This document shows, piece after piece, positions 12,749 through 25,210 of a stretch of 64,000 nucleotides of DNA. The position numbers were made by a program, and so were the translations under genes. Source of the DNA: Octopus vulgaris. Taxonomy: Eukaryota. Positions within the stretch are counted from its first letter, which is position 1. The number at the start of each line of letters is the position of its first letter. The notes under the pieces were generated by a model. It was given only the letters and a program-made list of their open reading frames with translations. It had not been told where the DNA came from and ran no database searches. The DNA lies in assembly GCA_951406725.2 (NCBI GenBank), contig OX597819.1:108500001-108564000 (forward strand), written 5' to 3'.

Positions 12749-13602
12749 CAGGGTGTGGTGAATAAATTGTCTAAATTACACAAAAATGAAAATAACACTG
12801 ACATCTCATTTTAACAGATATATTTACCAAAATTACATAAAAATATCTTGAAATACTAAAGAGTAAATTTATTCAATGAAATCACCATTTGCTTCAACCA
12901 CGGCCTTCAGACAACTTCAGAATCTCCTGCAACTCTTCTGGATGATCTCCTTGTTTATGTTGGTGAATTCTGCCATAATCATTGCTTTCAGTTCATCTTT
13001 GGTGTTACAAGGAGTTTTGTTGGTCTCTCACTCAACTGCGCTCCACACATAATAAATTGAGGTGCAGTCTGGAGAGTTAGGTGGCCAGATGTTGGGGTAA
13101 TGTGGTCAGAGAAATTGTCTGACAGCCATGACTGGGTTCTCCTACTTGTGTGGCATGGTACAAAGTCCTGTTACCAAACATAGGGTCTTCAAGCAACTAC
13201 CCAAGGCAACACTACCTCCTCTAGGCACTTGATTTAGACCTCCATGTTGAATCTGAGGTCATGTGGGAAGATGAAAGGAGGCATAATGTCACCATCACTA
13301 GTGACCACTCCAAACATCATAATGTTGACAGGATGTTTGATTTTTATCACTCTTGGTACATATCCTCAGACTGACACCCAAATACTCTGAAATGTTTGTA
13401 TTGGAGATTCCAGTGTAAATGCCAAGCAGTACAGCATGTTTCCAAATTTCTGGCAGAATGAATTGCGTCATGGTACTGTTTTTCTCACAGATGGTGCGCA
13501 ACCAACCCTGCTATACTGTATAGCTGACAAAATCAAAAACAAACAATGTGCATGCATGAAATTAAAAATATAAAATGGTGACAATTTACCCATCACACCC
13601 TG
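12749..13602 (-). mobile_element. Tc1/mariner DD37D (maT-like) internally deleted transposon, copy 1
   Basis: TIRs CAGGGTGTGGTGAATAAATTGTC / GACAATTTACCCATCACACCCTG, TA on the left flank. Colinear with 36992-37870. Confidence 0.88.
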
Positions 13603-13908
13603 CATACACACACACACACACACACACATACATATGTTTATATACATACATATACATACGTACACACACACATGCATGCATGCACACACAACATCATCCT
13701 TTAACATCTGTTCTCCATGAGTTGGACAGGGCAATATACATACATACATATATATACACACACACATATATATATATACATATATACACACATATACATA
13801 CATATACACATATATATACACACATATACACACACACATATACACACATACATATACATACATACATATACATACACACACACACACACACACACACTCA
13901 CACACACA
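13603..13908. repeat. Compound (CA)/(TA) microsatellite with an embedded short RTE-tail fragment
   Basis: Seen directly. It is the source of the spurious VC/YI/HT ORFs. Confidence 0.9.
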
Positions 13909-14010
13909 AGTGGCTTAATATGAATACAATTGTTGTATACTTATATTAAATGTAGTAATAAATATAAACATCTGTCTTTGTATTTCTCTATAGACATAAA
14001 AAAAGTGAAC

Positions 14011-14054
14011 GTTTGACTCGAGTTTCGACTCTAATTGGAGTCTTCCTCAGAGAC
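14011..14054 (-). ncRNA. Minimal type I hammerhead ribozyme motif, copy 1 of a tandem pair
   Basis: GTCT-CTGAGGA-A-GACTC(CAATTA)GAGTC-GAAAC-TCGA-GTC-AAAC: intact core, perfect 5-bp stem II, palindromic stem III ACTCGAGT, GUC cleavage triplet. Stem I has one mismatch. Confidence 0.75.
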
Positions 14055-14314
14055 CATGTACATCTCATGCTGTCCACGAAGAAAGAAACAACTAATGGCA
14101 TTATAAGCTCACTAAATATTAGTAGTATCAATGCTAATTTGCATAATACTAATATGTAACTAGTAGCTTGTTCAATTAATTACTAAACTGAGCATTAAAT
14201 AGATAAGCTGTAGGATAAATGTGTAGCTGTACTGAAATAGCACAAGATTTAACCAAAGTTATGTAAATATATATGTGTATATATATTTCTCCGTGGGCAG
14301 GAAAAGAGTGAATG

Positions 14315-14358
14315 ATCTGACTCGAGTTTCAAATCTAAGTGGTGTCTTTCTGAAAGAC
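14315..14358 (-). ncRNA. Hammerhead relic, copy 2 of the tandem pair (core decayed)
   Basis: GTCT-TTCAGAA-AGACAC(CACTTA)GATTT-GAAACTCGAGTC-AGAT, 304 bp from copy 1 with homologous flanks. Confidence 0.55.
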
Positions 14359-14594
14359 ATCGTACATTGTATATGAACACAACAGCTAAACAATCACACC
14401 TGCTAAAATAAACACAGCTGTTTCAGTGCCTTTAGCAGAGTTCACTCTGTTGCAAGCACTTGGATCAGGTCACTGGTTTGAGGATACCTTTTGTCTCTCA
14501 CCACTGCCAGAGGCCCAGCAAAAGGTCAAAGGTACGCTGTTTTACCCACTGACTAAATGATTAAAAAGATAGATAAATAAATAAATAAATATAT

Positions 14595-14705
14595 ATCATC
14601 ACCATCATCATCGTCGTTTAGCATCCGCTTTCCATGCTGGCATGGGTCGGGCGGTTCAACTGGGGTCTGGGAAGCCAGAAGGCTGCACCAGGCCCAGTCT
14701 GATCT
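14595..14705 (-). mobile_element. RTE-LINE 3' tail (family B), short
   Basis: CATCATCGTCGTTTAGCATCCGCTTTCCATGCTGG... Confidence 0.8.
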
Positions 14706-16017
14706 ATCTATATATATATATATGTATATATATGTATATATATATATGTATTATACACACACATACATACACATTACTTCTAAATATACACACAGTTGTC
14801 CTGAGATAAGACACAAGACCATCATGGATAGCATCTGTTTTTGAAAGAAATCTACCCAAAACTAAAAGCTAACAAATACCTTATTAGTACTACCATAGCT
14901 GTAAGGAATACTATTTTATGGTACAAGGCAGAATACACTGAAGAATCTAGTATCCCTGATATACAAAGCGATGGGATAGGGCAATGGCAGGAATACTTCT
15001 GATCATAAGCTTCCTCAATCAGGGCTGATCAAGAATGAAGCAACACCAGTACCAAAATGTACTTGGGTCTAATAGATTCAGGTACCAAAAGTGAGGTTAT
15101 TTGGCTTGTGACAAACTATGAACTGCTGGACACTCAGTTAATTGTCAGAAGTATTATTGACTTGTTAGGCCTCCATCAGTCAATGTTGGCCACAAATCTG
15201 TACATGTATGTGTGGGCCTGGGTATACTTTTCCTTTTTTTTTTTTTGTTTTGTAGAAGATAAGCAGTTGTTTATGCATACAAGTCTTCTCTCGCCAAACT
15301 ACTGATGTTTATATCTATGGGAAAAGCAAGCAATAAGGGTCGATACAACTTGGCACTAATGTTGCTGTTAGTCACAAGTGTTACTGTTAGAAATCAAAGA
15401 GCCTTCTAATTGACTAAGCTCTCTGCTAAATAATAATTACTAATTTTGGCACACAGTCACATGAGCCAGTCAGGGAAACTTAGTGTGACCAAATCTCTTT
15501 CAAATCACACTTTACCAGCTTAAAATGCACATTGGACAACACAGTCTCATATATCTCACTAAAAAAAAATATGTGGGGAAAGGGAACAGTCACAGCTAGA
15601 ATGTGTTTGATCACAGATTTGTTTAACAAGGGCTGAACTGGGACAAAAAAACAACAAGGACACTAATTTTGACAAGAAGGATTGAATCAACCCCAGCACT
15701 CATGTCATCAACACTGCAAAGATGAAAACAAAAACAAGATTTGTTTCAATCAAGAACATAAACAGATCTAATTTAATATCACATTTCATCTTTTCTGTCA
15801 CAGTAACACTTAATGTTAATTGGTAAATTAAATCACTAGTGGTAGTCTAAATGGATTACAAATAGTTGTTGCTTAACCCCAGGTGAGCCCTGATTCAGTA
15901 AGCCTATCATCAAAGGTGTTCAATATGTGATTGTTCATCCTTCCATTTCTTCATTTTCTTTTTAATCAGGCATAGTATATCTAGGACTACATTATCCAGT
16001 ATGTCTTTCTATTTTGG

Positions 16018-16265
16018 GCCCCATGCCAGTGGCACATAAAAAGCACCATCTGATCGTGGCCGTTCGCCAGCCTCGTCTGGCACCTGTGCAGGTGGCACGT
16101 AAAAAGCACCCACTACACTCACGGAGTGGTTGGCGTTAGGAATGGCATCCAGCTGTAGAAACACTGCCAGATCAGACTGGGCCTGGCGCAGCCTACTGGC
16201 TCCCCAGACCCCAGTTGAACCGTCCAACCCATGCTAGCATGGAAAGCGGACGTTAAACGATGATT
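16018..16265 (+). mobile_element. RTE-LINE 3' tail (family B) with two UTR repeat units
   Basis: High similarity to 33125-33434; CpGs retained. Confidence 0.88.
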
Positions 16266-16946
16266 AAATGATGAAAAACAAAAATCTATGTTTATTGATC
16301 AAACAGATCAATGCTGTCTATGCTTTGCTGACACAGTCCAAGACTGAAACATTCCTGTTACTGTCATTGTTTCTGACAACAAAGATCAGATTTTTTTCTT
16401 CCTTAATTTATCAAAATTATGCTTCTTTCTATTTGTTAGTCACAATTTTTTTGTCTTCTTTCTCCAAGCAAGAGGAAAATTTCAAATCCTTGAGAATTTT
16501 TTTGCACACGTCACTCAGTACATCTATTAATATACATGATTTGTATGTGAAATTTTTACTCAACATTTTTCCACTTAATTTTTCTACTAAAAGTTTAAAT
16601 ATAAACCTTCATAAATGAAACTTAAACTAAACAGTCTCATATCATAGTGAAAATCAAGTTTTTCTTTCTTCCAGTCATTCATGTGTTTATTTACAAGAAA
16701 ATATAAAGTTGCATATTTAGGAGGGATTCAATCAATTCACATCTTTTTATGTTCTGAACTCAAATCCCACAAAATTAACTTTGTCTTTCATCCTTCTGAG
16801 ATTGATAAATATAAGTATCATTTCACAAGTACAAGGGTTGAAATAACTGACTCTACTCCATAAAAGTGATGTCCTGGTATGACCACAATCTAATGTCTAA
16901 AACCAGAAAAAGAATGTAAGAAATTTTTAAAAAATTGTTTTCTTAC

Positions 16947-16987
16947 CTCCATCGTTCTTCCTCTGATAATTTGGACAGATCTATTGT
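16947..16987 (-). CDS. RNF121: RNF121 coding exon 2 (TIDLSKLSEEERW-R)
   Basis: tttatag| acceptor and AG|GTAAGA donor; 41 nt. Resembles the vertebrate RNF121 segment VDMSDLSPEEQWR. Confidence 0.88.
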
Positions 16988-18103
16988 CTATAAACATAAA
17001 TAGAGAAATAAAAATGAAGATTATTTCATTAATATCAAATACATTTCAACAGCAGTCATCAAAAATACTCAACATGATATAATGATAATAGTCATCTTTA
17101 TCATCATGTGTTTATATTTACAAATCTATGACCTTCCATTGTTGGTTACTTTAACTACTATACAGTGGTATCAATTAGTTTAAGGACAAGACTATACTGA
17201 TAATTAAACCTTTAGTATTTATTTAAATTATACAGGACTAAAAACTACATATGATATGAATAACAAAATATTTTCTTACTCATTTAAATTATGTAAGTTG
17301 AACACAAAAATTTGAATTAGCTTAAGCCACAAAAATTAACATTACTTATGATACAAAAAATTTAGAAAAAATATTTTAAATTTCAATATTTGGAAATTGA
17401 ATGAATTATCTGACTATATTGCCAAAATATGAGAAATAATTTCAGATAATGTGGTTAAGCTCATAGATTCAATTGCCATAGATACAAATCTATTTTGTGA
17501 AATTTCAGGTACCTGACCAAATATTAGCAAAATGTAATTTTATTCTTTTTGTTTCTTAATGCACACATTCCAATTTATTGAAAAGAGTATATATCATATT
17601 TCAACTGTTCATGAATTAAATGGGATTCATGTTTGTGATGTTTATTCATGTATTATGACTGAGTAGGTTAATTGAAAATTTTTCATTTAAACTTCCATCA
17701 TTTAAAAATGTAAAAAAAAAATTCTATTTCTATTCATATAGTTTATATATGAATCCAAAGTGATTAAGTAGACAGAAATAAAAATAATTAGCATTTAATT
17801 ATCAGTGTTTTCTTGTATATAAATTAAGTAACACCACTGTATATGTGTACAATCATATGTGTATACACACACAACTCAAAAGTAAATAGATACTTATAAA
17901 TTATACCATTTTGTCTGTGAGGACATTATTCATTAGTTTGATACCCAAATGGGTTAAATCATAGCAAAATTGCACAAGCCAGATCTACTAAAATACTAGA
18001 TTACGTATTTAAAATGTATCAAATGACATTATTTTGTTTCTAGAAATAAATCTTTCAAAAATGCTGGTCTCTATTTACTTTTAAGATGTCTCCGTATATG
18101 TGC

Positions 18104-18134
<31 letters not shown>

Positions 18135-18466
18135 ATGGGTAGGACTGTTTTACAAGTCTGACTTTGTGTGGACGGTCCTAGTAGCAGTCCTGCAAATTAT
18201 ATTCACCTTGGACAGTCGTACCAATGATCTACGGACAATTACGTAAGTAAGATTACGTAATTTGTTGATAGTGAAACATGTATATGAATAATCCATATTT
18301 TTATTACTTTTTCTTTTGTCTTGCTTGATTACGTTTTGGTTGTTTTGCTAAATTTTTCTTGAGAACATTTCTTGGTGGTGAGACCGTAGCGGATCTATTT
18401 CTAGCATATGGATGTCCACATGGTGGTTTCCCTCTATATATATATATATATATATACATATATATA

Positions 18467-18650
18467 TCATCATCATCATCATTTAGCGTCCGCTCTCCAT
18501 GCTAGCATGGGTTGGACGGTTCAACTGGGGTCTGTGAAGCCAGAAGGCTGCATCAGGCCCAGTCTAATCTGGCAGTGTTTCTACGGCTGGATGCCCTTCC
18601 TAACGCCAACCACTCCGTGAGTGTAGTGGGTGCTTTTTACGTGCCACCAG
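18467..18650 (-). mobile_element. RTE-LINE 3' tail (family B)
   Basis: Reverse-complement copy embedded in (TA)n. Confidence 0.88.
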
Positions 18651-18844
18651 CTATATACATATATATATATATATATATATACATACATACATATATATAT
18701 ATGTATGTAGAAGGTTAAAAAGTAATACACAAGTTGATATGTATAAAGAAAATAGGACAAAGTAGAAAATGCTAAAATAATTTTATCATGAGGAACATTT
18801 TAGTACCAGTTTCAGTTTTTAAGACTTTTTCAACTTAGAGTAAA

Positions 18845-19650
18845 GCAAATTGACTCAACCAACATCCCAAAAGTAGCAAAAGGTAACGCCTAAAAACAAC
18901 ACAGATGGAGATCCAAAAAAGGCTGCAACAATCCTATGTGAGGGAGAAAGCAGACAAAGAAGCATGGGTTATAAAAAACATTAAGTCAAACCCAAAGGCC
19001 TTCTTTCATTACACGAAAGAAACAGCCTCAGTACACTGCAAGATAGGACCCCTCTTCCAAAAGGATGGGTCCCTCACAGACAGTCCAACTAAGATCAGTG
19101 AGATACTGAATGACCAGTTCAAAAGTGTCTTTACAACCCCATTGGAACACAGACAAGTGAACGAACCAGTGGACTTCTTTGCCGCCTCACCTATAACCAG
19201 CAAAGCAGTTACAATGGAATACATTGACATTAGCGAAGAAGATATACTACTAGCCATATATGAAGTGGACACAAACTCAACTGCTGGTCCTGATGATTTC
19301 CCAGCAATCCTCCTCAAATCGTGTAAGTATGCTCTGGCAAAACCCCTCTAGATTCTCTTCCAGAGCTTTCTTGCAAATGGCAAACTACCAAGCAAGCTGA
19401 AGGAGGGAATAATATGCCCAATCCATAAAGGGAGAAGCAGAGCAGATGCCAAAAACTATAGTCCTATCTCTCTGACTTCACACATCAGCAAAGTCATGGA
19501 ACGGATAATCAGAGGGAAACTAATCACATTCCTTTAAGAAAATAACTTGCTGAGTGATACCCAGCATGGTTTTCGACCAGGTAGGAGCTGCCTGACCCAG
19601 CTCTTACAACATTATGACTGGGTGTTGAGGCAGTTACTCAACAACTCAAA
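18845..19650 (+). mobile_element. CR1-group LINE ORF2 fragment (linker plus start of RT), pseudogenised
   Basis: IKSNPKAFFHY...GPDDFPAILLK...PIHKGRSRADAKNYSPISLTSHISKVMERII...QHGFRPGRSCLTQLL. In-frame stops at about 19349 and 19535. Confidence 0.9.
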
Positions 19651-19989
19651 AGATACATATATAAATATAGAAATATTACATTTCTAAATATCTCAGAGAG
19701 ATATAAGCAGTAGTGGTACAATAGAGTAGTTGTATACTGTCAACTTAATGTGACAGTCCCATTTCACTAAAATTCTTATATGTTTACAAAGGCTAGAAAG
19801 GCATCTCCAACTAACAGGCCATGCTACTCCAGACTGGTGACAAGCAAAAACTCAGACACAAGTCTCTGCATGCAGGCTTAACTGGGTGGAGGTGCTTGTC
19901 TCCCCCTTGTAAACGTAAGGACACAGGAAATGTGTCAAGGCTGACAGGAAGCGTTAATGCTTCCTAGGGTTAAATAGCTGTGGTGTGAT

Positions 19990-21178
19990 TCCAGGGAGGA
20001 AAACTAGAAGTAGTTGATAGCTTCCGTTACCTAGGTGACCAAGTCAGTAGCAGAGGAGGGTGCGCTGCAAGTGTAACTGCTAGAATAAGAATAGCCTGGG
20101 CAAAATTCAGAGAGCTCTTACCTCTGCTGGTGACAAAGGGCCTCTCGCTCAGAGTACAAGGTTGACTGCATGACGCATGTGTGCGAACAGCCATGCTACA
20201 TGGCAGTGTAACATGGGCCATGACTGCTGAGGACATGCGTAAGCTTGCAAGGAATGAAGCCAGTATGCTCCGATGGATGTGTAATGTCAGTGTGCATACT
20301 CGACAGAGTGTTAGTACCTTGAGAAAAAAGTTGGACTTAAGAAGCATCAGATGTGGTGTGCAAGAGAGACGACTGCGCTGGTATGGCAATGTGGTAAGAA
20401 TGGATGTGGATAGCTGTGTGTAAAAGTGCCACACCCTAGTGGTTGAGGGAACCTGTGGAAGAGGTAGGCCCAGGAAGACCTGGAATGAAGTGGTGAAGCA
20501 TGACCTTCGAACATTGGGCCTCACCGAGGCAATAACTAGTATACTAGGACCTTTGGAAATATGCTGTGCTTGAGAAGACTCAGCAAGCTCAAGTGAGACC
20601 ATAACCTTGTGGCCTATGCCAGGGGTGTAACCAGCCCACTTATGCATACCTTTCCTTCATTGGACACTAAATTCTGCTTGCTAGGACCTGTTGATGCAAG
20701 TAAAATCGAAATCAAATTCAATGACTAGCATCCGTGCTAGTTGAGCGCTAACAGTACCATATGAGCGTGATCGTTGCCAGAGCAACAAGCTGGCCTCCGT
20801 GCTGATGGCACATAAAAAGCACCATTTGAGCATGATCATTACCTGCGTCACCTTACTAGCACTTGTGCTGGTGGCATGTGAAAAAACATTCGAGCGAGGT
20901 CATTGCCAGTGCCACTGGACTGGCTCCTGTGCAGGTGGCACATAAAAAACACCATTTGAGTGTGGCCACTGCCAGTACTGCCTGACTGGCCCTCATGCCG
21001 GTGGCAAGTAAAAGCACCCACTACACTCTCAGAGTGGTTGGCACTAGGAAGGGCATCTAGCTGTAGAAACTCTGCCAGATCAGATTGGAGTCTGGTGCAG
21101 CCATATGGTTCACCAAACCTCAGTCAAATCGTCCAACCCTTGCTAGCATGGAAAGCAGGTGTTAAATGATGATGATGA
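19990..21178 (+). mobile_element. RTE-clade LINE, 5'-truncated (ORF2 C-terminus, tandem-repeat 3'UTR and (GAT)n tail)
   Basis: LEVVDSFRYLGD...ARIRIAWAKFRELLPLL...MLHGSVTW...ERRLRWYGNVVRM...GRGRPRKTW are RTE ORF2 C-terminal motifs. Internal stops present. The 3' end equals the family B tail. Confidence 0.92.
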
Positions 21179-22584
21179 TATATATATATATATAAAGAGA
21201 GACAGACAGCGACAGATATAAACATTCTCCATTAATATCTTGATCAACAGAAAGTAAACACTGCTAACATGCTAGTAATTTATGAATCAAACTAGCTACC
21301 TAGAATGTTCTATAATATTCAAAGCAGTCTAGCTAATGTATTTAAGTTCATGCAAGTTTATAACCAATATCTCTGTTTACAGTTAAGAGGTTACTCAGTC
21401 ACTGATGAAATCCCAACTACTCTGCCCAATTCATCTTTTTTTGTACACAAAGCTATGAACATATAGAGACAAACTGTTTACATCAGCATATTACAGTGTT
21501 TGCTAAAAGCAATACGAGCCATACTCAAAATTCATATGTTCAATTCTGCTCTCTCTTCTATGTATGTAGATTGAAATATTACTTCCGCACGTGTATACAA
21601 GTGTTGCCAGTTCAAATTTCTTACTTCTTAAAGTTCAAGGAATTCAAAAGTCAAAAATACAAATCTTGAGGACTGTATGTAAATATAGTCTGTAGCACAA
21701 AATACAGTCGCATATGGAACAATACAATACAGTCATGTATAAAATAACAGAGTTCAGTAGAGTAGAATAGAGTAGTTAACAGTAGATTAAACTAGAGTAC
21801 AGTAAACAGTATAATAGTGAACAGCAGAGTATAACAGAGTGACATAGAGTACAATACTGTAAGGAACAAGGAAAGAAAAATGTTAAAATTATTATAAGCA
21901 GTGCAATGTTGGTGACATTATATAGAAATATGTTTGTGAGAAAGTGATTGCTAAACAGAGACAGAGAGAAAGAACATTGCCATTGCAATGAAAGCAAATA
22001 GTAATAACAAACTTTGTGATGACTAAAAATTAAGATGCCTAAAACAGCAAAATGCAAAGCACCAATAAAGCAAGGATTAACTCCATGTAGCAAACATACC
22101 AAACTTAGAAATAAATTATTTCATTGTCCACAAATACTTGTAACATAGTGCAATGGTTGAGCTAACAATAGTTGCATAACCTGATAGAAATAACAGCCAA
22201 ATGACTCTCATACCACAGTTAACTATTGTAATAAATAAAGACAGATACATTGAGCAGTGTACTTCTAAATATACAAAAAGATGAAATGGTCACAGTTGGA
22301 ACACCTCTGATCATTAATCCATTCAGTCAGAATTGTCCTGGGATTGAACAACAATTTAACAGTAAATTCATGTTACTTGATTATTTACAGACCATAGCTA
22401 TAGATAATGATATGTAATAGCCACATGCAACCATTCTACATAGCTAAGTCTTTCTCATTTCATAAGCATCCTTGCTCTACTCTGATAAAATCCAAGATTG
22501 ACACAAAACTCTTTCACCCAGAATCAAACTTAGTACAAAGAATGACATAAATTTGGGAGTAGCTACATTTTGTCTATGTGACAA

Positions 22585-22623
<39 letters not shown>

Positions 22624-22785
22624 CCTTTCTGCTGAAAGCACAAGGTGGGAGGAGTAAGTCAATTATATTGACCCTAGTGCTTAACTTGTACTTATTTTAT
22701 TGACACTGAAAGGATGAAAGGCAAAGTCAACCTCAGCAGAATTTGAACTCAGAATGTATAAACAAACAGTATGCTGCTAAGCAAA
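22585..22785 (-). mobile_element. SINE family A copy with (ATT)n tail
   Basis: GAAAGGATGAAAGGCAAAGTCAACCTC...GAATTTGAACTCAG. Confidence 0.75.
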
Positions 22786-25210
22786 CTTTGGAATATTTGT
22801 GGTGACACATTAGGCTGGTCAAGCTAAATTTCACAATTAACAATTACTGGACTTTATTTCAATATTGTTTACTATGATGGTCTTATGCACACAAAGTATT
22901 TTAATGTGCAATTTGGTTTTCATTTAGTCATCTTTGCAAAACTGACTATTTTTCACTTTGTGAACTTTTTGTACTTACTGTATGACAATGCACACAATCA
23001 CTAGTTGCCTCAGATTCCACTGTTTTACTTTCAAATTCTAATAAGGATTAAAAATCAACTTAAGATTATGAAAAGAAATACACTAGTGGTTCACTAAACA
23101 CCACCAGTCACCATAAATAAAAAAAATTTTAACATTGGCACAAGACCACATATTTTGAGGGAGAGATACAATCAATTGTATTAGCCTCAATACATGACTG
23201 GTACGTATTTTATCAACCCCAGAATGATAAAAGAAAAAGCTGATTTAGTTGGCAGCTGAACTCAATGTGTGTAGAAACAATATAACAATATGAGAAACAT
23301 TTTGTCCACTATTCTACCAACCTTGCCAATCTACAGCCTTGCATTAACTATGACTAGTAAGTTTCTTTTGTGATGAGCCCTTAAACTTGTAGGTGAAAAA
23401 AGTAGGAAATAGTGAGATAGATGTGTGACTTTCCCAATAATACCAGTAAAGCAGACCAAATTTCCTCAACTTGGAATTGTATCCAAGTTTCTAACTTAGT
23501 TTAACAGAAACTTACAGTCAAAATAAGTATCCTCCACCAACCAAAAGCAATGAAATTAGTTATTTATTATTTTGAGAAGCTTTTTGTTAAAGATCTTTTT
23601 AATCCCTGTTTGTAAAACCAAACCATATTACATACCTTATTTAGTTTATAATGGGTTTCAGGATAGTGTTGGCGCATTCTGTAGGGTTTCTTGTTGGATT
23701 GTGAAAATAAATCACCTTTAGACTTTGTCCAGCTCCAAATCCTAAACTCTCAAGAATAAAACACTATATGCTTGTGTGAATGTGATAGCTACCTGTATGG
23801 CAAACAACAGCACCAAAACAATACTTATTTAATAAAATAGCATTAAACAACTGCTGTGTAGACTTATCCAATCAATACAAGAATTAAAGAAAATAATTGT
23901 ATTCAATTTACTTATCTATGCTGTGTTGTTTAATCTCAAGCAGTCTTAATAAAGTAGACCTATGATCAAGAACATTCCAGTCATAGCCATTCTGCCATTT
24001 TTTTGCCAGATGTAGCATACTGTGGACTAATTATCCAATGGATAGGTTTTTTTCTAAGACGACAGAGAGGTTTGGGGGTGACTTGGCTGCTCTTTCTAGA
24101 AGATTGAATAGAGATACAAAGATGCTGATATAGAGGCCAATAAGAGAGATGCTATATAAACTATTTGTCTAGTTAAAATAGATTTCTAACTCAGCAGAAA
24201 ATGTCACATATTTTAAGGAAAGAATGTATATGGTTGAGTCAAACTTAGTACATAACCAATACTTAGTTTAGCCTGGCAGAATAAAAGATTTTGAACTCAG
24301 AATATAAAAGAACTACAAAGCATTTAAATCAATACTATCATGACTTCCAGTCCACTGTCCTTCTTGTGCTGCTAAACAATCAATTGATATAAGTCCATTT
24401 TTTAACTGGACTGGATCTTTCAAAGTTTGGCTCTTTGGATTAGCTTCTGCAACATTTCTAGCAATAATAGCTGTTAGTAAGCTTCATAAGATGAAAAATA
24501 TTTTTTGGTGATGTTCTTACTCTACCAGAATATGAAGAAGACATGACAAGTGAGAGGTATCAACCATGTCAACCAATCATTACAGTGAGAATAGTTATAT
24601 TTAGTATCTGTTACTATTAGTAGCAGTAGTCAGTAGAAGGGTTAACTTGCTGATTACAGGATTTACAATAATAGTTATATGTAGTGATATCTAATATATA
24701 TAGCAGAGGGTGTGTGTGTAAGAGAGACACAGGCAGAAAGACTAACACTTATTCACATATTGACAACATATAACAGTAATGACAAAAAAAAATTCCCAAC
24801 AGGTGTGATTTGTAAAACAGAATCCACAGTGAAACTGCAATGGTAATTTGTAGCTATTCAGGGTAGTTGAAGCAACTTCAGACTAGTGACCATAGACATC
24901 AACTATGATTGAAATGAAACAGATGTGCAGCTGAGCAAATAATTAAGTCAGTTCACAAGCTCACAGCTTATTCCCCTCAATCAATATGGGTAGTCGATTT
25001 TCTCAACAATAAATAAAATCTGAAGTTGAAAGAAACTAATGATGATCTGCAAGAACAAAAATTATTTAGTGACACTCTTAAATTGAGTTTATATGCTGTG
25101 GGTGGTTCAAGCAAAGTCCTTCATCATGCCTACATGTCATTCAAAGTTATCTAAATTTATAAACTATCTTAAATTTCTATACTTCTGAGATGAGAAATTT
25201 ATATTATGTA

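Noticed and set aside
13468-13949. Long ORFs rich in VC/YI/HT (also 29222-29991, 7618-8100, 42276-42628, 43790-44076)
   Set aside because: These are translations of (CA)/(TA)/(GT) microsatellites with no domain or splice support.
20027-20647. 206-aa minus-strand ORF
   Set aside because: It is the antisense shadow of the RTE ORF2 fragment on the plus strand.
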